A stretch of DNA of 64,000 bases from Candidatus Magasanikiibacteriota bacterium. GTDB taxonomy: Bacteria; Patescibacteriota; Patescibacteriia; Magasanikbacterales; UBA922. Both the position numbers and the translations under genes were made by a program. The first letter of the stretch is position 1, and every line of letters starts with the position of its first letter. The stretch is taken from positions 129,236 through 193,235 of the forward strand of contig JBAYJP010000003.1 of NCBI GenBank assembly GCA_041665025.1, read 5' to 3'. Shown here in pieces: positions 36,584 through 44,475 of this stretch. The notes below the pieces were generated by a model. It saw only the letters and a program-made list of their open reading frames with translations. It searched no databases and was not told the DNA's origin.

Positions 36584-37477
36584 CTATTTTTTTCTCGCTA
36601 TAGTGCGCCCCATGCTTTCTTCAAGAATAATTTTTCCTTCTACAATTTCGTAATTATCTCTTATAAATTTTAAAACTTGCCCTCTCTCACGCAAAGCCTG
36701 GGATGTATCCAAACCATCACCTTTAGATAAAATAAAATCAAAACATAGATAACCACCTTCTTCTAGATGTCTGGTAAGATGCTGTACCACAGCAAGTGGG
36801 TCAGGCAGATGTTCCAAGACAGTTATCAAAAAGATAATATTAAATGTGTCTTCCAATTTAGGCAAGGAGTTAGGAATACAATCAACACATTTAACTCCAA
36901 ACTGCTTTAATCTCCACTTTGCATAATGGTATGTAAATTGCGGAATATCGGCAATAGTAAATTTAAAATTTATCTTTTTGTCATTAATTAAACTGCTTAC
37001 AATGGGGGCGGCACCACAACCATACTCTAATACGCTATCATGCTTATGTAGATACTTTCTAAAAGGAAAATATTGAAATGGAGATAAAGCATATTTATAG
37101 ACTGCGCTGAATACAGAATAAATATTTAAATGATTTTGCCAAGCATACAAGAATGTACCGGCGTTACCTTCATCATTGACTGATACATTCTGAAAACCAA
37201 TTCTATACCATGAATGTAAAAAGTAAAAATCATGGAGACGAAGAGGCCGACCACCAAGAGCATGTTGCCAATAATCTTCAAATTCTTCAAACCAACCGCG
37301 ATAAAATCCACTATCAACCAATTTTTGATACCAACCAATAAAAAACAAAAACTTATTTAGATTGCCAATAAGCCAGCCGTGGCAATGTGACAGGTTACTT
37401 TTGATCATCGGATCATCGTTGATTTCTTGATGTTTCTGGCTGATGTCAATTGTTAAATCATTATAATAATTTGGCAT
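36584..37477 (-). CDS. Class I SAM-dependent methyltransferase
   Basis: VLEYGCG and VLEHLPDP motifs. Confidence 0.82.
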   Translation of the reverse strand: MPNYYNDLTIDISQKHQEINDDPMIKSNLSHCHGWLIGNLNKFLFFIGWYQKLVDSGFYRGWFEEFEDYWQHALGGRPLRLHDFYFLHSWYRIGFQNVSVNDEGNAGTFLYAWQNHLNIYSVFSAVYKYALSPFQYFPFRKYLHKHDSVLEYGCGAAPIVSSLINDKKINFKFTIADIPQFTYHYAKWRLKQFGVKCVDCIPNSLPKLEDTFNIIFLITVLEHLPDPLAVVQHLTRHLEEGGYLCFDFILSKGDGLDTSQALRERGQVLKFIRDNYEIVEGKIILEESMGRTIARKK

Positions 37478-37481
37478 AACA

Positions 37482-38723
37482 CTATTTTATCCGAGTTATA
37501 AATCCTTTCTCAAAAAATTTATTAACATACTCCAAAACAACTCCAAAGTCCATATGCAATTCATCAGCGATATCAAAGACACTCATTTCTCCTTCAAGAC
37601 GATACATAATTTTTGAGATATTGTGATTAAGTGGACGGTTAACTTCCTTAGGAACCCACAGGCCATGGCCAGAAAGAAAGACAGGGCCCTTAAATGTACG
37701 TCTAGGGATGTAGTCAGTATCCAAGATATCAAGTATTTCTAAAAAAATACGTTTTGACTCTTCCAGACGATCTTCAGTGACAATTGAAAGATTATCTTTG
37801 CTTGTGTGATATTCAGGATATGGCCAACGACTTATAGAAATCATAGGGATATTAATCCCCGGGCCATTAAAAACACCTTCGTCATTGCCCACAACTTCTC
37901 CATATGGTCCGCTGCGGAAATCATCCTCCCGTCTTTGTATGACATATTCAGCGATTCTATCCAGTTTTGTATTTCCTTGCCGGGAATATTGTAAAACATG
38001 ATTATTATCATTTCCCAACATTTCAAAAAAAATGCCATATCTAGCTTTGGATATCAAATCCTCATTTTGACTTAAATATGCAATAGAACCAATGGTCTCA
38101 GGTACTATGACGGCCTTATAAGTATAATAATTTTTTTTCTTAGACAGCGCCTGGATCACATCCATAAGTACTGCAACTCCTGTCAGGTCATCATTGACTT
38201 GTGCAGGATGGCAAAGATGCGCAACCAAAAAAATGATTTCATCGCTCTCGCCAGGTATTGTAATTTCTCCAACTTTTAAACTTCCCCCAGTATCTTCACT
38301 GTCTATATATACATGATAGTTGTCATCAACAAAATTCTTTAATTTTTCATGTTCAATACAAAAACCCCAATCTCTATCATAATATTTGAACACCCAAGGT
38401 ATCGCGTTAGGTTGTTTTTGATTTGAATGTAAGTGTTTAAAAAGTTCCTCTTTATTCACTTTCTTATCAATTGGCAATGAACTTCCAACAACATGCAAAG
38501 GATGATCTTTGAGATCAAGCAGGATATCTCCATTACTGCCTTTTATCCATGCTTCTTTAACTGACCATTTTTGTGGTACTTTCCATGTCCAGCATGTTGA
38601 ACCACATGTAATTTCATGAATTTTCATTGGAAAAATTTTGGATAGATAATTCAAAGATTCGTCAAAGCCATCTGAAACAATGTCTCTTCTTTTGTGCCAC
38701 AAATCTTGAATAATTTTCATCAT
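37482..38723 (-). CDS. DUF4910 polysaccharide-associated aminopeptidase-fold protein
   Basis: W.VP..W, YY.RDWGFC, HLCHP...NDDLTG, PETIGS and YHTS.D motifs. Confidence 0.85.
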   Translation of the reverse strand: MMKIIQDLWHKRRDIVSDGFDESLNYLSKIFPMKIHEITCGSTCWTWKVPQKWSVKEAWIKGSNGDILLDLKDHPLHVVGSSLPIDKKVNKEELFKHLHSNQKQPNAIPWVFKYYDRDWGFCIEHEKLKNFVDDNYHVYIDSEDTGGSLKVGEITIPGESDEIIFLVAHLCHPAQVNDDLTGVAVLMDVIQALSKKKNYYTYKAVIVPETIGSIAYLSQNEDLISKARYGIFFEMLGNDNNHVLQYSRQGNTKLDRIAEYVIQRREDDFRSGPYGEVVGNDEGVFNGPGINIPMISISRWPYPEYHTSKDNLSIVTEDRLEESKRIFLEILDILDTDYIPRRTFKGPVFLSGHGLWVPKEVNRPLNHNISKIMYRLEGEMSVFDIADELHMDFGVVLEYVNKFFEKGFITRIK

Positions 38724-38735
38724 ATATACAAATGG

Positions 38736-40544
38736 TTATTTAGAAAATTGTAGATTATAATAATGTTTATAAAAATGACTATTTTTTATTAATTCTTCAT
38801 GTGTTCCCTGTTCGACAATTCGTCCTTCATTCAAAACAAAAATTTTATCGGCATTTTTTATTGTTGACAAACGATGCGCTATTGCTATCACTGTCCTTTT
38901 TTTTGTTGCTTCCGCTAACGCTTCTTGAATAAGCTTTTCTGTTTCGTTGTCAAGTGAACTTGTCGCTTCATCAAGGATAAGGATGCTTGGATCATGGACG
39001 AGCGCACGAGCAATGGAAATTCTTTGGCGTTGCCCTCCTGACAATTTAACACCACGCTCCCCCAATATAGTATCATATGCTTGTGGTAGGCTCATGACAA
39101 AATCATGAATGCGCGCCACTTTCGCTGCTTGTATAACATGATCATCAGTGCTATCAAATTTACCATACTTAATGTTATTTTTTACTGTATCATTAAAAAT
39201 TGAAACATCCTGAGAAACATACCCTAAATTTCTTCGCCAAGCATGTAAATCCATTTTTTTTAAATCAATACCATCAATCATAATTGCGCCTTTTGTTGGT
39301 GTGAATAAACCACCCACTAGATTTACAATGGTCGTTTTTCCCACACCCGTTGGTCCAACAAACGCGACAAAGGTTTCTCTTTCAATAGAAAAATTTAAAT
39401 TTGAAAGAATAGGCGCTTCATCATAACTAAAAAATATATCCTTGAATTCTATACTTTTTTTTAAAAAATTGATAGCAATACTACCGTTTATTTCCTGGGA
39501 ATCGTAAGCACGTATAAATATTTTTTCATAGGCTTTGAATGCCTCTATGTGACTGTACATAGCCGCCACTAAACTAAGGAGATTATTTGTCTGGGTAAAA
39601 AATTGCAAAAAAACATATAGATACACCAAAGCCGATGCAAGATAAATAGATAAGTCTAGCTTAAGGACGAGAAGCATATAAATCAAAAAAGCAAAAATGA
39701 CCCCCGTCACTATTATTTCGGCCAACGGACGCAATATATTTGAATAAACCGAACCAAGAAAGTCAAATCTGGCAAGCTCACTACTCACGCGCTGAAAACG
39801 CTCTTTCTCGTACTCCTCAGTGCTAAAAATCTTCATAAGATTTACCATACTAAACATCTCTGTCATACGAAAGTACAGAGTCGAAACTTCTTCGGCAATG
39901 TGAAGACCCAGTTTTTTTATTCGAACAAATACAAATTTCAATAGAGGCAAAAGTATAATTGCAATCGAAGCCAAAATAAGAGTAAATTTCCACGAAATTA
40001 ACATGAGTATAACGGCATAAATCAAAAGGCGGATGATAACTAAAAAACTGCTAAAAAAAGAAAAAATAAATGAAGCAACATTATTAGTATACACAGAAAT
40101 GCTGCTAATGATATGTCCGGACCGCATATCAGAAAAAAATCTCAAATGAGCATCGACAATTTTATCAAACAAATCAATTTGTAAATCACGTTTTATAAAA
40201 TTAGTAATCTTGCTTACACTAATAAGATTCAGATAATTAAAAATATTTTTTAATACAATCATCAAAAAAAAGAAAATAATTAAAAAAATTATCACCGTGG
40301 CAAAACTTTGGTTCTGCAAAATAGTATATAATTGTTCCCGATACGGAATATCTAAATCTGTCCCTTTTTGAAAACTTAAAATTCCCTGAAACAAGGGGAT
40401 AACCGTGCCTATCCCAAAACTTTCAAATACTGAACTAAGCAACGCAAATAATATAATAAAAGAAGATAATTTTTTGTATCTTTTCAAATAAGAAAAAGTT
40501 TTTTTAAAATATTTAATTTTATCTTGCGACAAAAGTTGTGTCAT
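38736..40544 (-). CDS. ABC transporter permease/ATPase (MsbA/PglK-like flippase candidate)
   Basis: TM domain plus GPTGVGKT, LSGGQRQR, LDEATSSLD and AHRLST. Confidence 0.92.
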   Translation of the reverse strand: MTQLLSQDKIKYFKKTFSYLKRYKKLSSFIILFALLSSVFESFGIGTVIPLFQGILSFQKGTDLDIPYREQLYTILQNQSFATVIIFLIIFFFLMIVLKNIFNYLNLISVSKITNFIKRDLQIDLFDKIVDAHLRFFSDMRSGHIISSISVYTNNVASFIFSFFSSFLVIIRLLIYAVILMLISWKFTLILASIAIILLPLLKFVFVRIKKLGLHIAEEVSTLYFRMTEMFSMVNLMKIFSTEEYEKERFQRVSSELARFDFLGSVYSNILRPLAEIIVTGVIFAFLIYMLLVLKLDLSIYLASALVYLYVFLQFFTQTNNLLSLVAAMYSHIEAFKAYEKIFIRAYDSQEINGSIAINFLKKSIEFKDIFFSYDEAPILSNLNFSIERETFVAFVGPTGVGKTTIVNLVGGLFTPTKGAIMIDGIDLKKMDLHAWRRNLGYVSQDVSIFNDTVKNNIKYGKFDSTDDHVIQAAKVARIHDFVMSLPQAYDTILGERGVKLSGGQRQRISIARALVHDPSILILDEATSSLDNETEKLIQEALAEATKKRTVIAIAHRLSTIKNADKIFVLNEGRIVEQGTHEELIKNSHFYKHYYNLQFSK

Positions 40545-40557
40545 AGAAAAAAACTTC

Positions 40558-41163
40558 TTATCCTTTATAGCCTTTCATCATACCCTCAACCTTTTCCACA
40601 TCTTCTGCTGTATGAATGTCATAATCATCAGTAATATACACCCCGCAATTGGTACTCAATTCTTGTTGAAAAACTGCTTCCCTAGTCAATATACGAAATG
40701 CCGCATTTTGGTTTAAATTTTTGTCTACTGAAAAAATTTCTTGTTTTTTATAAATAATTAATTTTTCAATAGCATTATCGAGGTTCTTTGTCCTAATCAA
40801 AGGGGAATTAGGTTGAACCACGACGACAATATCGGGTTTTTTTTCTTCTAGGTCATCGGTAATAGTCTGTACAGCATGCCTAATCGGTACCATCTTAAAT
40901 ACATGATCTTGCGCCAGTTCATCCGGGCGTACAATTGACTTGGCACCAAACTCAACAGCCACATTCAAAATTTTTTTATCCTCACTCGTTACAAAGACTT
41001 CTTTGATGTATCTAGATTTTGAACATGCTTCAATAACCCACCCAAGCATTGGCTTGCCACATACAGGGTAAATATTTTTATGCTCCAAACGCTTGGAACC
41101 ACCTCGAGCTGGTATCACAGCAATAATGTGAAATTTTGGTTCCTGCATAGTATCAATATTCAT
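40558..41163 (-). CDS. Acylneuraminate cytidylyltransferase family (NeuA-like)
   Basis: IPARGGSKRL..KN, QPNSP and DIHT.ED motifs. Confidence 0.88.
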   Translation of the reverse strand: MNIDTMQEPKFHIIAVIPARGGSKRLEHKNIYPVCGKPMLGWVIEACSKSRYIKEVFVTSEDKKILNVAVEFGAKSIVRPDELAQDHVFKMVPIRHAVQTITDDLEEKKPDIVVVVQPNSPLIRTKNLDNAIEKLIIYKKQEIFSVDKNLNQNAAFRILTREAVFQQELSTNCGVYITDDYDIHTAEDVEKVEGMMKGYKG

Positions 41164-41771
41164 TGCAATAAAAATGAATTAACCATTTTTTCCGCTTCCA
41201 ATTCTAGATCACTTGATGCATATACATACACATGATATCCAGTCTTTTCTAGAAAAAAAGGCATGTAATACTCTATATAACTATCTACCGTACCCGATGC
41301 AGATGCATAATCGCTAACAGTTTTCAAAACATCCCTATCATCAACTCGAATTTTTTTAAATGAAAAATTTTGTGCCGTCGAAGTTGGAAAAGTTTCCATT
41401 TTTAATGCGGTTGCCGATTCTTGAAAATTAATACAATCCCAACATATCACATTACCCGTATCAAATTGGGAAAAACGATTAGAAATGGAAGAAAAAAAGA
41501 TGCCGATCCACTGTTGGGATATATCGTTAAAAACAATCTTAATAATTGCGCTGTCATCTCTTTCATTTACCTGTGCGGATCCCCACTGCTGATCATAACA
41601 AAAAGAAGAATTTAAATCATCAACCTTATACTCCTGCCAGCCTCTACCGTATTGCAAACACCTGTTATTGTTTAAAAATAATCTTCCGTCTTTTTGAGAA
41701 TATAGATAAATAAATAAGACTGTGACAAAAAATAAAGCTATTAACAAAAATAATGATTTAGTGTATTTCAT
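41160..41771 (-). CDS. Hypothetical membrane-anchored protein
   Basis: 203 aa, N-terminal TM, overlapping stop/start with the downstream gene. Confidence 0.7.
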   Translation of the reverse strand: MKYTKSLFLLIALFFVTVLFIYLYSQKDGRLFLNNNRCLQYGRGWQEYKVDDLNSSFCYDQQWGSAQVNERDDSAIIKIVFNDISQQWIGIFFSSISNRFSQFDTGNVICWDCINFQESATALKMETFPTSTAQNFSFKKIRVDDRDVLKTVSDYASASGTVDSYIEYYMPFFLEKTGYHVYVYASSDLELEAEKMVNSFLLQ

Positions 41772-41776
41772 ATTCT

Positions 41777-42439
41777 CTATTCGTCTTTATCCAGATACAT
41801 TTCTTTAATTTTTATATCAAAAACTTGCAGTTCATCCACTAATGTCGTTTTATTTTTACCATGAATACGATATCGATACAAAGGAATTTTGAGATTATCT
41901 ACACGATATTTTTCTCCAAGACGCGCACGCAACTCCTTTTCTTCGCAATGTCTAAAATCACTATTGTACAATCCAGCTTCGACAAGCATATCTCTACGAT
42001 ACATAATACCGCAAGAAATATTTTCTGTATTCGCATAATAACGTTCAATCACATTTTCATCATTATCTACTTTTATATAATCACACGCGACGCCCAATAA
42101 TCCATTATTTGCTTCCAAATACTCTACCAGAAATAATATAAACAATGAACTTACATAATCATCTGCATCTACTCTAACAACAAACTGCCCATACGCTTCA
42201 CGAATTCCAATATTACTGCTCTCAGCAACACCAACATTTTTTTTATTTTGAACCATCCTCAAATTAGAATATTTTTGCATGTAACGCTTTACAATTTCAG
42301 AGGTGTTATCTGTTGACGCGTCATCAACAACAATGACTTCGTACTTACTAGAATCAAAATTCTGATTTAATAAACTACGCAAACATCGTTCAATGTATAC
42401 GCCATAATTATAAGAGGTGACGATAATACTGACTTGCAT
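41777..42439 (-). CDS. Glycosyltransferase family 2
   Basis: SYNY, DDASTD and VDADD motifs. Confidence 0.9.
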   Translation of the reverse strand: MQVSIIVTSYNYGVYIERCLRSLLNQNFDSSKYEVIVVDDASTDNTSEIVKRYMQKYSNLRMVQNKKNVGVAESSNIGIREAYGQFVVRVDADDYVSSLFILFLVEYLEANNGLLGVACDYIKVDNDENVIERYYANTENISCGIMYRRDMLVEAGLYNSDFRHCEEKELRARLGEKYRVDNLKIPLYRYRIHGKNKTTLVDELQVFDIKIKEMYLDKDE

Positions 42440-42440
42440 A

Positions 42441-43175
42441 TTATGTTAAACTATCAAATTGGTATAATTTTTTATGTCTTAATATATCAATGCTTCTGGC
42501 ATAACCTTGCAATTCCTGGAGTTCTCCCATATCCATGGAGCATAGATGTGCTTTTTCTTTAGTTTTCTGCCAGCTATGACAAACCGTAAAATGTTTTTCA
42601 ATTATTTTCGCACCGCGAGACAAAGCGTACACGCAAGCCGCGAGCCCGGCAGTATGATCACTATAGCCATCGATCCAAGAGCTACCAAAATCTGGCATCT
42701 CCACCTGTTCAAGCATGGTTGGATAGCTGGGCACGGTATACAAGTATTTTACATTTGGGGCATCATATGGCTTCCCTTGTTTAACTTGCTCCGCATTTAA
42801 ACTCAAGATCGCTTCTTTGCCCGTTTTAATTACTTTTTCAAATAATCCTGGCTCTTCAACCATAGCTCGAGATACTTTGATTTTCGGCAAATCCAATTCC
42901 AGACACCACCTCAATCTTTCACTATCAAAAACTGCGGCAAAAAATTCAATATTAATTTTATCTGCATACTCCTTCAATTTTTTAAAATCTTCAAATGTAA
43001 TGCTCAAATAATCTCCTGGACCATCGTGATTCAAACTGCTTTTATCAAAGTCTGGACTATATAGTTGAAACTTGACGGCATTAGCTCCTCCAATTTTAGA
43101 TTGGAGCATCATTTGTTCGGCTACTTCAATACTCCCGCCAAATTGTCCACCAATTTCGGAAATAATATATGCCAT
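42441..43175 (-). CDS. N-acetylneuraminate synthase family (NeuB-like), short form
   Basis: IISEIG, GANAVKFQ, GYSDHT and IIEKHFT motifs; 244 aa. Confidence 0.88.
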   Translation of the reverse strand: MAYIISEIGGQFGGSIEVAEQMMLQSKIGGANAVKFQLYSPDFDKSSLNHDGPGDYLSITFEDFKKLKEYADKINIEFFAAVFDSERLRWCLELDLPKIKVSRAMVEEPGLFEKVIKTGKEAILSLNAEQVKQGKPYDAPNVKYLYTVPSYPTMLEQVEMPDFGSSWIDGYSDHTAGLAACVYALSRGAKIIEKHFTVCHSWQKTKEKAHLCSMDMGELQELQGYARSIDILRHKKLYQFDSLT

Positions 43176-43185
43176 ATATCAAAAT

Positions 43186-43524
43186 TTATGTATTAATTTC
43201 TGCTAAACGTTTTTGAAACGCAGGCGTATGCAAGAGCATACGCGGTTTGCCTTCATGTGCAGGCGACGTTGAAAGTTTGAGAATGATACTATCAGGAATT
43301 TTGGGTACTAGTATTTCTGCCTCTTCTGGCGTACAAGTGCGTGACTGTACCCAAATCTCATGCTGAATTTCTTCCAAAAGGGCATCAGCTTTTGTTTTTA
43401 GTTCCTCAATACCCTGTTCAGAGCCAAGAGAATCCAACTCTTCTCTCAATCGAGAAACATCTGTGTAAAGCATAGAATCAGCAGGTTTGGTTAATTCTGT
43501 CTGAATTTCGTCTATTCTGCTCAT
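43186..43524 (-). CDS. Hypothetical protein
   Basis: 112 aa ORF, first gene after a TTGACT-17-TACACT promoter (43588-43560). Confidence 0.65.
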   Translation of the reverse strand: MSRIDEIQTELTKPADSMLYTDVSRLREELDSLGSEQGIEELKTKADALLEEIQHEIWVQSRTCTPEEAEILVPKIPDSIILKLSTSPAHEGKPRMLLHTPAFQKRLAEINT

Positions 43525-43612
43525 ATTTTGCTAAATTTAGATAATAAAATACACAAGATAGTGTACTAAATACCTAGAAAAAAGTCAATAAATTCACCGT
43601 TCTTCTCAAACA

Positions 43613-43639
43613 TTGACAACTCTCTCTCTTTGCTATGCT
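43613..43639 (+). promoter_or_regulatory. Promoter candidate of the pentapeptide gene
   Basis: TTGACA-15 bp-TATGCT with an extended TGn; the spacer is short. Confidence 0.45.
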
Positions 43640-43688
43640 AATCTGTCGCATTTTCGCGACCCTAGCTGCATGTATGGAGGACGACGTC

Positions 43689-44318
43689 ATGCGCTGGATC
43701 TGGATGAAGTGGCTCGAGGACCTGCTCATCGCCACCCACTGCAACCGGAAGTTCCCGGAAGCCCCGATCGCCATGACGCTCGAGCGCGTGCTCGAGCTGT
43801 ACAGCGAAGGGCACAGGGTCTTCGCCCGGTGCGTGATCGGTGGAATGATGCGCGGAGCCAACCTGACCGGCACCAACCTGGAGGACGCCTGCATGACGGG
43901 CGTCCAGATGGAGGACACGAACTTCGAGGAAGCCGTGCTCTTCAGGGCCAACGTCCGCAAGGGCACGCTCAACGGCGGCAACTTCTCGGGCGCCAAGCTC
44001 ATGGGCGCCAACCTATGGGCGGCCGGCTTGTACCACTGCGAGGTCGGCGGCGCCAACTTCTCGGGCGCCAACCTCACCTCGGCGGGCTGCGGGAAGTGGA
44101 CGGTGAACGGCCGTCTGCTGGCCGAGGCCGTCCGAGACCTGGACGAGGGCCTGCCGGACATGAGCAACGTGCAGGTCGACCCCCAGACGCTCCGACAGAG
44201 CGGCTGGGATGTCGAGATCTGCCGCTGGCTCATCCAGTCCGGCGCGCAGTTCCTGGTCTCCCCGGACTACCCGCCGGACATCGTGGATCTGCTCGCGGCC
44301 CGTCTCCGCGGCGAGTAG
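43689..44318 (+). CDS. GC-rich pentapeptide repeat protein
   Basis: GGAGG at 43676-43680, 8 nt before ATG; ANLTG TNLED ACMTG VQMED TNFEE AVLFR...GNFSG AKLMG ANLWA...ANFSG ANLTS; 40/60 GC in 43981-44040. Confidence 0.85.
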   Translation: MRWIWMKWLEDLLIATHCNRKFPEAPIAMTLERVLELYSEGHRVFARCVIGGMMRGANLTGTNLEDACMTGVQMEDTNFEEAVLFRANVRKGTLNGGNFSGAKLMGANLWAAGLYHCEVGGANFSGANLTSAGCGKWTVNGRLLAEAVRDLDEGLPDMSNVQVDPQTLRQSGWDVEICRWLIQSGAQFLVSPDYPPDIVDLLAARLRGE

Positions 44319-44430
44319 GACGTCGCCCGCCTCCCGAGCCGCTCTTTCCGCTCCTTCGGCTACCAATCGCGGGCCTAGCCAACCCGACTTCCACAGTGAA
44401 GATAACTAGTTTATCTCAACTGTAGAAACA

Positions 44431-44459
44431 AAAACACTCCCGACTAAAGGGAGTGTTTT
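44431..44459. terminator. Bidirectional terminator
   Basis: AAAACACTCCC-GACTAAA-GGGAGTGTTTT. Confidence 0.85.
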
Positions 44460-44475
44460 GATTTTATTCTTCTTT

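Noticed and set aside
43574-44425. Long alternative ORFs 43574-44233 (-), 43613-44425 (+) and 44013-44366 (-)
   Set aside because: Arg/Pro/Ser-rich products expected from stop-poor GC-rich DNA; only 43689-44318 has an SD and a known repeat.
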